Positions 38,578 through 54,437 of a stretch of 64,000 nucleotides of DNA are shown in pieces. The stretch's first letter is position 1; each line of letters starts with the position of its first letter. The DNA comes from Microbotryum violaceum (Eukaryota), in contig CDLV01000008.1 of NCBI GenBank assembly GCA_001244265.2, positions 124,001 to 188,000 on the forward strand, given 5' to 3'. Position numbers and translations under genes: made by a program. The notes beneath the pieces are model-generated. The model ran no database searches. It worked only from the letters and a program-made list of their open reading frames with translations, and was not told where the DNA came from.

Positions 38578-39171
38578 ATGGCCCCTCCTTCCAAAGTCGC
38601 CGAAAAGAAGCCCGCCTCGACCGCCGGCAAGGCCCCTGCCTCCAAGGCCCCCGCTGGCAAAGCCCCCGCCAAGAAGGCCGTCAAGAAGGCCCCCGCCACC
38701 GGTGGTGAAAAGAAGAAGAAGAAGAAGAAGAAAGAGCACTACTCAACGTACATCTAGTCAGTCGCTCTTTCCCTTTCCACTCGCAGCAACCGTCTACGAA
38801 CGAGGCACTTACCTCACTCCTGGCCTCGCCTCTACAGCAAAGTGTTGAGACAAGTTCACCCCGACACGGGTATCTCGAACAAGGCGATGCTAATCCTCAA
38901 CTCGTTCGTCAACGACATCTTTGAGCGCATCACCCTCGAGGCGTCCAAGCTCGCGCAATACAACCACAAGGCGACGATCACGTCGCGCGAGATCCAGACT
39001 TCGGTTCGCTTGATCCTCCCTGGAGAATTGTCCAAGCACGCCATCTCGGAAGGCACCAAAGGTGAGTCGGCCGGTAACAACATCGCTTTCGGTGATCCCC
39101 TTTCCCTTGATTCTGACGTGATCTGTTGCGTTCTCCCAGCCGTCACCAAGTTCTCTTCGGGATCCAAGTAA
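38578..39171 (+). CDS. HTB1: Histone H2B (2 introns)
   Basis: '[34 protein letters not shown]...[27 protein letters not shown]'. Confidence 0.98.
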
Positions 39172-39494
39172 AGCAGACGGATGATTACTGTCGGCTCTCC
39201 TTTCAGTATGTAGAACTTTTTGTGCATTGTTGTAACATCAGTCGTCAATTGCAAACCCAAACTCTAGATCACTCGGCTCGTCACGGCGTGCGGCAGCCAT
39301 TTGGAAAGCCTTGACTAGCTCTAACCCCACTTGCAACTAGGCGAATCTTGAGATGAAGCGACCGCTGGAACGACGCTGAAAGGGGTCTGGTGTGCGCCTA
39401 TTTGAAGATTACACGAGACAGTGTCAAATAGTCCTGATAGTTTACGGTATACTGGCTATACATCGATCTACCCTTGTAAGACAAACGCCCTTGC

Positions 39495-40895
39495 CTACCC
39501 AAACCGAGGCTCAGTGCTAGTGGCCGAGTCGGATTGTGTCTGATCCTCTGTCGCGACCACCTCCCTCTCCCTCCCCGCGACCAGCTTCAAAACCTTCCCA
39601 AACCACCTCGTGTCCTTTGATCGTATCCCCGATTGGAAGAGTTCGTAAGAAGGCATGTACCTAAATCGGCGCATTCAGTTCCGAGTGAATGGGTCAATTT
39701 TCCGGCGAAACGAAAGGGAAAAAGTCAAAACTTGCCTGCCAATGAATTGCCGAACTTGTTCGTCGGTCATGCCAACCCCACCGTTCTTGGACTTCATGTT
39801 ATGTTCTTGCTACTCGTAAAAAAAAACGCCGAATGAAAAAAGGTTTGGAAAAAGGGTCAGTTCCCTGATCGCGAGGCAGGGAGGGGAAAATTCAGAACTC
39901 CTGTTCCTTCCCAGCCCATTCGAGTCGATGAGACGAGGCACGTCTCCATTTCTTTCCGAGTCAACAGTTTTTTTTTTTTGAAAAGGACGTACCTCCAATC
40001 TCCATTGCCAAACATAACTCATACGCTTCGTTTCAATCTGGACGAAACAATCCAAAAAGCTCCACAAATCCTCGGCATATTTCGCCAACCTCTCATTGAC
40101 CAAAAGTAAGTGATTTAATGAGTGTTCGATGAAGAAGGGCGTTTCGTAATCGAGGTGTGGGGCCGCGTAGGTCTTGGGGTTTTGGGAAGTGTTGGTGTAC
40201 AGTTGGGCGAGGGTTGAAGGATCGAGGGGTTGGAAACCTACGCACCATCCTTCAAAGAGGACGATGTCGATCGGACCCTGAACGGAGATCGTTTCTTTTG
40301 CTCGATCGCCTTGTCCGTCGTGTAGTGACTTGTCGTAAGTTGGTAACTCGACCACTTGGGATTCGTTTGAAGGTTCATTGATCCTAGCAAGGGAGGAGAG
40401 GACCGATACCCCCAAGGTTAAATCATGCGTCCCGGGTTGACCACGACCTTGGATCAACTTGTTCGTCGGATCGGTAGCAGCGAGCGATTGAAGTTTCGCA
40501 TGCGGGAGATAGAGCTCGTCGAGGGATAGGGAGGCCGTTCGCAAGGGGGCTAGTTGGGTCGGCAGTTGGGAGACGAGGTGCGATTTGCCTGACTCGGTGT
40601 GGGGGGGAAAAGGCCCGGAGTGTGGGGGTTCGGGGAGTAAAAGGTGCAAACTTTGCGTCGTCAGCTCAAACTGTCGCTCACTTTGGACAGCCACCGCCAT
40701 AATACCTAGTGATCTACCTGATCCCTGCGGCCCTTGAACACCCACGAACAACGGTGGGGTCGGCTTGGTCGGACCGAAGTTCTTCGCCGTCCACGACGAA
40801 CGATGTTGAGCCAAGCGCGCGAGGATAAAGTCCGTCACGAGTTTGGCGGCTCGCGCTCCGTTGTCACCGATGATGGGGTTGCTGATGGGAGGCAT
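39495..40895 (-). CDS. TDA10: P-loop kinase, D-glycerate 3-kinase / Tda10-like
   Basis: 'FVGVQGPQGSG|KS', 'SLDELYL', 'GRGQPGTHDL', 'YDKSLHDGQGDR', 'LFEGWCVGF', 'VWQWRLEQEH...GMTDEQVRQFIGRYMPSY'. Confidence 0.9.
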
Positions 40896-41170
40896 CTTGG
40901 AAATTGGGTTTCGGTGGGGATAGTGATGGTGAATGGTTTGAAGGGGGGGAAGCTGAGGAGCTGAGCAAACTGTGGTCGGTCCTGAGTACGTCACTTTGGG
41001 CCGCTTCAAGTGGGGCATTACCGAGTTCCCAACGATTTGAATGCCATCATCATTAACCATAAAGCTTCCATTCAGAATTGATACTTCCGATGCAAATTCC
41101 CCGCGCCGCCCAACCCGATCGGCGCACTCCCCTTCTCGCGGTGTCGTCTCGCTCCATCAAGTCTGAGCAA

Positions 41171-43363
41171 ATGGTCGGCCCCACCACGACGCGTTACCTT
41201 CTAGCTCGCGTCTACACCAAGCTACCCTGCACATGTTCAAAACGATACGAGCTCTACCGCTCCTATTCGACCGCCAGTAATAGCGCGATCGACGAGGATG
41301 CTCATTCGCAACCACCATTAGCAGCAGAAGCAATTCCTGGTCCGAGCACGCCACAATCCTCGACGGCCAAAAGTGATTGGAAGAGAAGACAGGTGAAAAC
41401 TGAGAATTTTTTGAGGGTAGCGAATGACGTGCTGATCCATTTGATATGGCACACCCCCTTAGGAAGGCTCGAATTTCATCGACACCCTCTCGGTCGCTTT
41501 GTTCTCTGGAAAGGGAGGCCCAGGAGGCGTTTCTTTCCATCGGGAAAAGTTCATGGTGAGCAAAACGTAACGCAAAACTATATAATCCACTTTTCTCCTT
41601 CCGAAACTGAAGCCCCCCCCCCCCCCCCCCAACCCCCTGATAAAAGGCGCGAGGTCCCCCCTCGGGAGGTCCAGGAGGTCAAGGTGGATCGGTCTACCTC
41701 GTCTCCACACCAACGGTCACGTCCCTCTCCCATCTTCCCATGACCCTCCGAGCAGGACGAGGTGGTTCAGGTGGTAGCAAATGGTTAGCCGGTAAGAATG
41801 GTCAAGACGTCTTTCTTCGCGTACCCCTCGGCACCGTCGTACGGGAAGTTCGACGCAGGGAGAACGAATTGGATTCGTTGAAAGAGGAACGCGACGATTT
41901 GGAAATGGCTTTTCAAGTTAACCAAGTGCGCTTACAAGAAGCGCAAAAGAGGACGTTGAGATGGGACGAGTGGAAAAAGGGTAAAGATCGAGCGGATAAG
42001 TTGGGGGAGGATTGGCACGTCTTTCCGGAGGAAGAAGAGGTCGAGTTCGATCCTTTTGTCATGGCCGCTCATGAGAGGGTCAGGAAGGACTTGTTCGTGC
42101 TTTACCCCATGGCCGATTTGGCGAGTCATCCTTCGTTCCTCTTGGCCGAGAATCAACTCTTGAGCAAGTTGCTTGCGAGAAAAGGAGGGATCCCGGGCCG
42201 TAAAGTGAGACGAAGGAGGAAGAGGGGTAGTCCCGTCGAGGCGGAAGCACCCCCTTTATACCTCGACCTCAAGACCGCAACACCGTTATCGGACCCTATT
42301 CTACTTTTGGCGGGTGGGGAGCCTGGGTTGGGCAATCCGAGCTTTCAGGCCGCGGATGATCGATCGCCCAAATATGCGACGAGGGGTGGGGATGGCGAAA
42401 TGATGAGGTTGGAATTGGAGGTCAAGGCTGGGGGGGAGGTCGGACTGGTCGGAATGCCGAATGCGGGCAAGTCGTGAGTACATTCTGCTCATTTCACTCG
42501 ACGTGTAAGCGCATACAGCTGATCCTCACCACCACCCCTACGTCGAGACCAGAACCCTGCTCCGAGCTCTAACCTCCTCCACACCGCGCGTCGCCTCGTA
42601 CGCCTTCACAACCCTCAACCCGCACCACGGCACCTGCGTCCTCTACTCTGACCATACCTTTTCCGGACCCCGAGGAACGATCTCCGATACGACTTCGTTA
42701 CCCGAGGAATTCTCTGCCGAATCACCACGAATCATCAAATCGCGACGTTCGACGCGATCCGAAGACGACCCGCCGCAACCCGAACGTATCGAAGTGATGC
42801 GTTTCACCATCACCGACAATCCAGGGTTGGTCGAACGTTCGGCGCAAAATGTTGGATTAGGTCACGCTTTTCTTCGGCACTTGGAACGTTGTAGGGCTTT
42901 GGTTTACGTCGTCGATCTTGCGGGGGAGGTGGAACCGCTGAGTGCTTTGAAGGCTTTGAAGGTCGAGTTGGAGGAATATGATCGCTTGAAAAGGACGGGG
43001 TTGGGAGGGAGCGTCAGAGGGGTCGTAGTCAATAAGGCGGATTTGTTTGGTGGGGAGGAGGAAGGAACGACCGAGGGTGAAGTGGATGAGGATCAAGGCC
43101 TTGCGCGAGCGTCGGTCGAAGAAGGACAGAGGAAGTTATCCGAGGTCATCCAATGGGTTCAGCAACTCGAGCACGAAATGGGAGTGGACAAAGGCTCGAT
43201 CTGGGTCACCCCTGTTTCGGCGAAGAAGAGGGAGAACATGAAGAGTCTGGTCAAAAAGTTGGCAGAGACGGTGGAGAAGGAAAGAAGGGTGGCGAGATTG
43301 GAGGAAGAGAGGGAGGAGAGGGAAAGGCAGGAGGAGCGGGAGAGCCTGATCAAGGGGATCTGA
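41171..43363 (+). CDS. MTG2: Mitochondrial Obg-family GTPase
   Basis: Gly-rich Obg fold ('GPPSGGPGGQGGSVY', 'VPLGTVVRE'); G1 GMPNAGKS; G2 YAFTTL; G3 DNPG; G4 NKAD; G5 SAK; basic N-terminal presequence. Confidence 0.93.
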
Positions 43364-43584
43364 TGCGGGGCGTTTTTGTAGCATGTTTCGATCTCGTTTC
43401 TATTGTGTTTCCATCAAGCTCTTGCAATATAACTGCTCTCTGCATGTCTGCATCTTCACCTTTGTCGCCGATTTTTTTTGTGCTGCCTTCTCTTCTCAAC
43501 AATCGCCTCAGCTCTGCGCAATTGGAAAAAAAGTGATGCTCTATATTTCCTCACTATCAAATCCTACATCTTAAGCACAATAAA

Positions 43585-44825
43585 CTACTCGAGCAAGGCT
43601 TTTGTCTTTTCCTCAATTTTGCCGACCGTCGTCGAAGATTTCGAGTTGGCGTAACTCAAGTAGGCGCTACAGGAGGGGACAGCAGAAGAGCTTCGCGTCA
43701 GTCAAAGAAATCGAACCGTAACATGATAATCGGAAGTATGCACTCACTTCCAGAACAATGACACCACATTGACCAACACCAACCTCAAATGCGCGGGCAC
43801 GATCGCGAAGTTGGCAACCTGTACGGGGATGAACAAGCCCCAATTTTTCTGCAACGTCGGCCACCAAGCGAAACGGACGCGTTCTTTCGCGCCTTGGATC
43901 CCGTAGCCTTCGGACAGGGCCATGGAGGTGTAGAAGACGCCGACGAGGACTGGAGTGAGGACGAATTGGTCCAGGCCGACGCGGGTGGCGACGACTGCAG
44001 TGTAAGGGTTTGGGGGTGGAGTAGCGACGAGAGTACGTTAGATAGACGGACAACGTAGGTGGACGATCTGGGACGTACGAGCTGGTTTGGACTTGAGTTT
44101 AATCCCCTCGAGCATTTGGTACCACCTCGTCACGACAGGGGCGAAGATGACACCTGATTGGAGAATGAGGCGGAGACCGACGAGATTAGCCGAGAGCGAC
44201 AAAACTGGACGAGGGGCCTGGTTCGTTGATGAGGTGATGGCGTCGTGTGCTCACCTCCATATAAAGCAAGACGAGCTGTTCGTACGACCTGAAACAGCGC
44301 AGTTCAAGAGGTCTCGGTGTCAGCTTGATCAATGGGGCCTCTGGTTCGACCACACGGGTCGGTGACGTAGTTGGACCTGGAACTCGCACGAGGTCGGGAA
44401 AGGTGGACGAGCAAAACCCCGACGTGGACACGAAATACTCACATCATGGTTCATTCCTTTTTTATCCACGGCCTGTTGAGCCAACACATCGCCTGCTCCG
44501 AACAGGGTAGCTGTAGCGTTGGGCAGCTCAGGATCAGCTCTCTGGTCAGATTGCTCCGTCGCCGAGTCTGGCGGTGTTTCGGCCTGTGCGGAGCTGTAGA
44601 ATGTCCCGGATAAAGTTTGGTAAAGCGTTATGTACCTGCAGTAGCTGATCCGGCCAGATAGGGTCTCGCCACTCTAAGGGGGGAACAACGGGCTATCAGT
44701 GATAAGGTCTGTAGCTCGTAGCTCCGCTCGGATTGCGAAGGTCGAGTGCGGAGCCAGTCGTTGCGGGGGAGGATGATCATTGCAACTTACAATGCGGCGT
44801 TGTAAGAGCGCAAGAGACTTGCCAT
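43585..44825 (-). CDS. SYM1: Mpv17/PMP22-family mitochondrial membrane protein
   Basis: Spliced 'ARPYLAGSATAATLFGAGDVLAQQA...RTARLALYG..FAPVVTRWY...ALDQFVLTPV...NWGLFIPVQVANFAIVP...LFWNAYLSY'. Confidence 0.92.
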
Positions 44826-45063
44826 GTTGAGAAAGGGTATAGCTGAAGTGAGGCAGGGAGACAGACGGGGATTGCTCAGTGCACTCACTACGTAGCGCGG
44901 AGATGGCCCTCTCGCACCCAAAATAGAGGTCCGTGCGCGCGCGCGAACGATCGACAATTGGTCGACTCGCACGATCTGTTCAGCGCTCAGCTGCGGTTCC
45001 TTTCTCCTACGACTGCGTCTACTTTTGGCTCATTGCAGCCGCTCGCAAAGTGGTCAGAAGATT

Positions 45064-46991
45064 ATGACGGAGCAAACTAGGGACCGCTCGGAGGGAAACG
45101 GAGCCCCTTTCCACGCGTCCAAGCATGCGCTCTTCTGCTTCCGCTCGCTCAAGTTCCTCCCTTCCCCGTACCAAGCCGAGGATCAGGCACGGTACGCTAT
45201 CGAACAGATTAATCCGCTGATCATGACGCTGACCGCTCGGCTCTTCCTCTTCCACGACAGGATGCCCCTAGCCTACTTCTGTCTCTCGTCCCTCTCCCTA
45301 CTCCCTTCGACCTGTCTATCGCCAACGAACGACCCTTCCCTCTCCGCCTTGGACGTCCTGTTGAAACCCGAACAACGACAAGGCTACATCGACTGGGTAT
45401 ACGAACAACAATCACCCGGTGGAGGGTTCCGAGGAGGGGATTCGATGGCGGCCGTCGGGGTGGGAGAGAGTGCAATTCATCAGTTGAGTTTCGAGTGTGG
45501 GGCCCCATTCTTGGCCGTTCTCTCCACAACGCAAAGCTGACTAGCTGAGAGGTATGCACTCTAATCAGAGACAATTCGATCAATCTGGTCCCACTCGCTT
45601 CCCAACGTGATCAAGACGATTTCGATCGACTCATGGACTATCCCGACTCGGATTCCGATTCACACTCGGGGAGAGGAAATGCATCACACATGCCGTCTCC
45701 TGCACCGCCCTCTAAACTCGAACACCCACTGGCTCCAGCCAACTTGATCCAGACCTACACCGCGATCCTCATCCTCGGTATCCTCGAGGATGATTTTAGT
45801 CGATTGGATCGCAAGGCTTTGTTGAGGTTCATAGCGAGCTGTCAAAACGAGGATGGATCGTGAGTCAGGGTTTTTGAGCTCTTCACGGGCCAAGCTGACT
45901 TTTCCATCGTCGTACCGGATATTCATTCGATAGGTTTCTACAGTTTCCATCGTGTCCTGAAGCTGGGGACCCAAGGTCGACCTATGCCGCTTTCGTCTTG
46001 GCGTCAATGCTCGACGATTGGTTTTCGATCGACCTCGACGCGGCTTTAGCGTTCTTGATCACTTGTCAGGTGGGCTCTTATAGGACTTTCTCCGATAGAC
46101 GTCATTTAGCTGATGTTCTTAATTATTCAGAGACCCGACGGAGGGTTCGCGACCGGGCCCAGATCCGAAGCACAAGGTAAGAAATAATCATCTCTGAGGT
46201 CTCATCAATCCCTTCCGAGTCCCCCATTCTCAACGGTCTCTCTTCTTTCACAACTTGACAGGAGGGACGACCTACTGTTCTATAGCCTGTTTCTCCCTCG
46301 CTTCTCGACTCGACTCCTTACCGACCCCTCAAGATCTCCTTCGATCTCTGGTAGGGAAACAAGTCGCTCCTTTCGCAACCCCGCCCTCAACGACCTCCTC
46401 CTCCACCAGCTCCAGCTCCATTTCGGCAGAGGACCCCGACCTTGACCCCCACCCACTCGCAGGCTTTCAAGGTCGTCTCTCCAAACCCCCCGACGCATGT
46501 TATTCCTTCTGGGCCGTCGCCTCCCTCTCCTTAATATCTCCCTTATTCGAAACATCCGAACCAAGCAGAGGATCGGAACCCATCCCGTCAGCAAGAAAAT
46601 GGTACAACCCTTCGATGGATCGGGAATGGTTATTGTCATGCCAGCATGCGGTATATGGTGGTATCGCGAGAGAATCAGGAGCGATGCCTGGTAAGTGAAC
46701 GTGCGAAGGGGTCTTCTTCTACGAGAGTTAAGGGAGAGCGCACTGATTCGGCTTCTCACACACACACACACCACACCCCTTGTGCTTCTTCCACCCTCGT
46801 CGACCTTTCCCGCCGACCTCGCCGTCGAAATAGATGTGTATCATACCTACCTCTCTTTGGCTGCTTTATCCCTAGGTTCGGATTCGAGTTCCGGAAAGGA
46901 TTTGGGTCTTGCACCTTTGGTACCAGGGTGGAATTGTTCGGTCAAGGTTAAGGAGTATCTTCAACAGCAACGCCGACTGCGAGGAAAGTGA
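45064..46991 (+). CDS. CDC43: Geranylgeranyltransferase type I beta subunit
   Basis: 'KHALFCFRSLKFLPSPYQAED', 'RMPLAYFCLSSL', 'ANLIQTYTAILIL', 'CQNEDGS', 'GGTTYCSIA', 'GFQGRLSKPPDACYSFW', 'DVYHTYLSLAALS'. Confidence 0.9.
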
Positions 46992-47152
46992 AGCGTGGTT
47001 CGTACACTCCGTAAACGATACATTTCAAATGCAAGCATTTCAAGCGTTCCAATACACCACACACTATAGAGAACAAGAGTCGAACAAAGTGTTTACCAGA
47101 ACACTTGTACCCTTCCCTCGAATCGAGACCTTGATCGTTTTGAACCGAGGAA

Positions 47153-49100
<1,948 letters not shown>

Positions 49101-49772
49101 GGTGGTTAAGGACTAGAGACAAGGTAGTTGGGTTCGAGGGGAGCGAAAATGACGTGGCTGGCCAAGCTTGATCGGGGTGAATTGCGGTGCTGCTGCTGGT
49201 TCCTCTTTTGGCGGTTGGAGAAATGAACGCGTCGACGACGAGACGACTGCGGGAACGCACTTGACTCAACTTTGTAGGCAGTTTGAAGAGGAGCGTGCTG
49301 AGCCGACTCGGATTGGACGAGGTTTCTGTGGTCTTCCGAGGCCTTGAGTCGTTTAAAAGCTTTGTAGAGTGCAGGGGCCAAGGTCAAGAAGCAGTTCGAC
49401 TCGGAGACCGGTGACTGGCAGCGATCGGTGCCTCGGCAGCTGAGAGAACGCAGCGTGCCATGGCACCGATTCGGGAAGCCGAGCACTGCCCTCAGGTGAT
49501 TGAACCGCGACTGCGCAACGCCATCAAAAGCACCGACATAATCCAAATACGATGAACAAACGAAGTGGGCTATGTTTAGTATTGCTCGTTCAGGTCACCC
49601 CTTCACTCAGCAATATCATCCGCTAAAATGCGCATATATTCAGCTCATCCGAGCGCGGTGATCGAGAATAGACTTGGGCCAATTACGTCGCGGCGCGTCG
49701 AGCGGGTGTACGTTCACCACTCGACGACCCCTAGTCCCTTAGCTTTGCACGGCAGCGCCAGTATTGGATGCG

Positions 49773-50747
49773 ATGGTCGACGTGTAAGTACTATAAAGGA
49801 TCATCCTGGAGATGCCGAGTTGCTGATCCCTGAGCCACCCTTTCAGTAACACGACCAACACCAAAGATAAGGACAAGGACTCGCTCAAGATCGGTTCGCG
49901 ATGCGTCATCGTACAAGACTGTGATCTCCGTGGACACGTCACAATAGGAGCAGGTATGGCTTACCCCCTTCCCAAGATATACCACCTCAAAAACATCCTA
50001 CTGATCCCCTCGTCGTCGGCATCCCTGAAGGCTGCGTGATTCATCCCCGAGCCACCATCTTTGCACTTTCGGGTCCGATTCACTTGGGGGACAACAACAT
50101 CGTCGAGGAGATGGTCGTGATCATCAATCGATCCAAGACGCCCATGATCATAGGGAATGATAATCACTTTCAAGTCGCCTGCCGTAGGTCCGACGAACCT
50201 CCTTATAGGGGCATGTGTCATTTTCTTCCTTCCAGAAGGAGTAAACTCACGAGACCCCGGGGTTTTTTTTTCAACAGGTATCGAATCCCCCTCCATCGGA
50301 TCCAACAACATATTCTTACCGCGGTGTCGGGTCGTCCACTCCGTGACGATCGGGTCCGATTCCCACATCGGGGCAGGATGTGTCGTCCTCGCTTCACCAT
50401 TTCCAACTTTCATCCCATCACCAAATTCAACTACCGAACCAATACCAACACCACCAACTACAACAACACTGGAAGAAGAAGTTGAATTTCAACGACCTAC
50501 CACCACCACCACCAGACCACTTCACCACCTACCTGACCAAACCGAAATATTCGGCTCCGATTCTCGTCAACGTCTCGGTTCAAAGCAAGGCATCGGTCAA
50601 ATCAAAGCTTTCCATGCTAAACATTTGATCTACCTCAGGGAGACGTTGGTAAAGTATCACAAGTTGAAGATCTTCCCGCCGGGGACGGTCGTTAGTGAGA
50701 AGCCGAGCGGGATTGGAGGTAGTGGTGGGAAGGAGGGGGGCGAGTAG
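49773..50747 (+). CDS. DCTN6: Dynactin subunit 6 (p27), left-handed beta-helix
   Basis: 'VIVQDCDLRGHVTIGAGCVIHPRATIFALSGPIHLGDNNIVEE...IGNDNHFQVACRIESPSIGSNN...HLIYLRETLVKYHKL'. Confidence 0.9.
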
Positions 50748-50850
50748 AACCCGTTTCGTCTTCTGTGTCTCAGTACTTCAACTTCGCATAGAATTCTCAA
50801 TCTCGCATTTTCACAGCAAAACCAACTTCGTGTAATACTACCACACTCCA

Positions 50851-53800
50851 TCAAAGCCCCCACCCACCTTCCAAAACCCCTCCTCCTCCTCCTCCTCCCA
50901 CACCACCAGCACCACCATGATCAAAAGCCTCCCAATCTCTACCAAACCCATCCAAAAGCATCGATTCCAACGCCGCGAAATCATCCCCTCTTCCCAAAGG
51001 GGAAGAAGTTGAAAACCCCAACCTTAAACCAGCGCCGAGATTGTCGGTTTGATTGGGGGCGGGATCGAGTAATGGGATTGAAGAAGTGGAAGAAGAGACG
51101 GGTAGGTTTTGGAGGAGTGTACCGAGGGTATTGGTGGAGAGGTCGAAAGTGTCGACGAGGGTGAGGGGTGCGGTGGTTGGGTTGCGTAGAGAAGGGTCGA
51201 AGAGAGTGGCTCCTAGGGAGGGGGAGGTCAGCAAGTTCGCTTGAGAAGGAGGAGGCGGTACGGACGTCGGGCCGAGAGGACCCGTCTGTAGGACCGAAGC
51301 GAGGTCGACTCGATTCGGACCCGGGGTATGCGACCCGTTGAAAGCCTTTCCTCGGAAATCATCCCCAACCTGATCTTTATTTTTGTTCTGCCAAAATTCA
51401 CCGAGAGCCTTCGATTTCCCCTCCTCTTTCAACATCGCTTCGATCAACCTGATCCCCCTCGAAGCGATGATCGAATCGTCGCTGATAAGACGAAGGCATT
51501 CCAAAGCCGAGAGAACATCGCTACGTTTGGCGAGGTAAGTGGTCGACTGAGGGACGGGGATGGGTGTCAACGTCGAGGCGGAGGGTGAGTTAGACGTAGA
51601 GGATGATGAAGTGTTCCGATGGGACAGGTCGAGTAGAAGTGTCGTACAAGCTACGATGGCGTGATAACTGCGAAATTTACGGAAGCAGCGGCCATCAGAT
51701 CTGCCAGGCAGGGTTAACGAATTTTCCTCTCACACATCACACTCTCACCTAATGGTCCAATTTCTAGGCCATTTATCCGTTTCCGTAAAATGATGCAACA
51801 CCTTTCGTGCGGCCTTGACCGCGGCTTGACGAACATAGGGGTGAGCGGTATCCCGGAACAAGCCACGACTGGGACAGAGGCGATGTAGGACCAGTCGCTT
51901 ATGTTCACACTGTGAGCCCATACTTGAGGCTAAGTAATCGGAGGAATTGATGATGAATTTGGAGAATCGTTACTCACACTGATGAACCAATGCTGTCTCA
52001 ACTCAGCAACCCAACTCGGCACCTTCATCCCCACGGGTGGGATCCACCCCATCTTCAACCACCCCGGTGCACGTTGCATGACCTCGTCGATCCCCGAATC
52101 GATTTCGTTCGTTAATTCCTGACTCGGCTTGTCGGACCCGTTGATGAGGTCGAACAAGGTACGAACTCGATCGGCCAGCGAATGCAAAAGGATCAACTTC
52201 GATGCGGGGGTAGGAACGTCGTACGGCAACGCCTTGGACAAGGCTCCAATCGAGAGATCCTCATCGGTGATGTTCAATGGCAAAGGTGTATTGGTATGCG
52301 TCGAATGAATGGCATAACTATGTCGCACAGTGCACGTGAACCAATCGTCCGCTCCGAGCGTGCACCATAGGCGTTTGCAAATTTCCCGGTTAATGGCCGA
52401 TTTGATTCCCATCTCATTCGTCAAGACGACTCCTTTACGCGCTTGTCGAGTTTGCCATTCGAGATCCGATCCCAAGCGATGGAACTGGAGGTGTTGTGCG
52501 ATTCGGATCGCGCACCCAAGCAACGTATTGATGAGGTCTGATTGTCCCGCTTCGTAGCCCGCCGTCGTGACGATGCAGATTGCTTGCACGCTGAACCTCG
52601 AATGCTTGGACAAGAAATCGGCTCGATGAAGGGCTTGCACACAGGCGTCAAAGTAGACTTTGGGCAAACGATGGTATTCGTCGATGCTGAGGCCCATCTG
52701 CGTAGCGTCGTGCCTCGACATTTGTTGTAGCGCACCACACAGGACGGCGTAATAAAGTCCCAACCATGCGGCGTTCACGAGCCGATAGCGATCGCTAGGA
52801 GGCCAGTTCTCAAACTCGATGCACTCGGCGAGGAACGTCGGAGGGTGGAGGAGGGCGTTATGGGCGAGCATGTGCGACATGGCCCAGCACGCGACGAGTC
52901 GACTTCGTCTATCATCGAGTAGGGCAGGGGAAGCGTCGGCTGATGGACCGGAAGGATGTGGGAGCAACGTTGCAATTGGCGACTTGACGAGTGAGGTCGG
53001 CGAAGCACCGAGCCAGCTCAGTGCGCCACCGGCAGAGGTACTCGGAGTCGAATCGACGACGATCGCATCTTCGGCGTCCTCCTCGTCCGCGGGTCGACGC
53101 AGCTCGGATCGAGAGAGGTGTTGCGCCTTTCGATCGCGTCCCATGGCGAGAAACTCGAGTGTCTCGGCGGCTTCCAGCTCGCCGTCCGGTTCGGGAGGTG
53201 ATGCGTCGCGTGCTGAAGATTCGTTCGAGGCGGTGGCACCTTCGGGTCGGCTTCCAGCGTTGGCAGCGGTGATAGATAACGTTGTGCCATTGGGGTGTTT
53301 TGACTGGCCTGGTACGTTTGATGATATTCGGCTGACCACCTTCTCGAGTTGGGACAGTTGAGCTCGGAGACCTTTGACGACGTTGTTCAGAGCTTGGTGT
53401 TCCATCGCGGCCGCGTTCGATATGGAAGTGACCTTCATCCCGTTCGAGTTTTGCTTGACGAGCACGGTGGGAGGTTCAAATTGAACATGCAGACCAGGAG
53501 TGAGGTCCGTGAAAGAAGGAAGCGAAGCGGCCGCCGGGGAGGAGATGGGGGAGCGCCTCGCCGACTGCTCAGGCTCGGGCTTGTGGAGCGGGTTTCTCGA
53601 CGGAGGCGGAAGCTGCGAGGTACTACTACTACTCCTACGACGCTTAAGCCCGAGTGTAGTGGCCATTCCTGCCGATTCGAGCAAAAGCGACTCGTCAAGC
53701 CGACATTGGTCTACGGCATTGCGACGACGACAGGCCGAACATCCGGGCACGTTGCGGTCGCACTTGATCTTGCGGCGCGTGCATTCGGTGCAGCTCCAAC

Positions 53801-54083
53801 TCGGGCGTTGTGATTTCTTCTTAAGTTGTCGGGCTGTAGTCAGAGCTGTGGTATTGGAAGTGGGTGAAGTTGCCTTGGTGGAGGAGGAACATGACGAGGG
53901 TGCGACGGTGATGTTCCCGTGAGTGCCAGACGACGATTCGGCCAAGGACGATTCGGTCAAGGGGACCGTCGGCGCCGCGGGACCGGCACTGGCACTCGGA
54001 GGGCTCGGAGTCGGCGCACCGAGGTGGTACTGGTGCATACCATGATCAGTCGTGGGTAGGCTCGAATTGGTCATACTCGACAT
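50851..54083 (-). CDS. Zn(II)2Cys6 transcription factor with fungal-specific TF middle domain
   Basis: 'SCTECTRRKIKCDRNVPGCSACRRRNAVDQC'; 'AIRIAQHLQFHRLG...EICKRLWCTL...D...NTPLPLNITDEDL'. Start Met uncertain. Confidence 0.93.
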
Positions 54084-54437
54084 CGCGATCGACGAAGGTT
54101 GATGTCCAGCGCCACTCGTTGCTCGTCGTCGTGCACTGTCGTCGTCTGTCGAGGGATGTTCAACCGAAGTGTTCGACCAGAGCACAAGAGTCGTCGCCGC
54201 CGACCTCGGCCGAGTCATGCCGTGCCGCGTGCCGTTCGCTGCAGATTCGACTTGTCGCGGAAATGATTAATGATCGGCGACACGCTCGGACCACTGCAAG
54301 TTATCGCTCGGCGGCGGCGGCTCGGCTCCGACAGTGGTAAAGTGCAGATCGGCTTTTATCTGGAATCCAGAAAAGAGGAATCATGGAATTATGGGTCATC
54401 ATGAGCAAGTCATGCGGACCTTGAGAGGGTTAACTAA

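Noticed and set aside
41560-41650. Apparent frameshift with a poly-Pro tract in MTG2
   Set aside because: Explained by an intron (GTGAGC...AAAG) containing the poly-C run. Splicing restores FHREKFMARGPPSGG.
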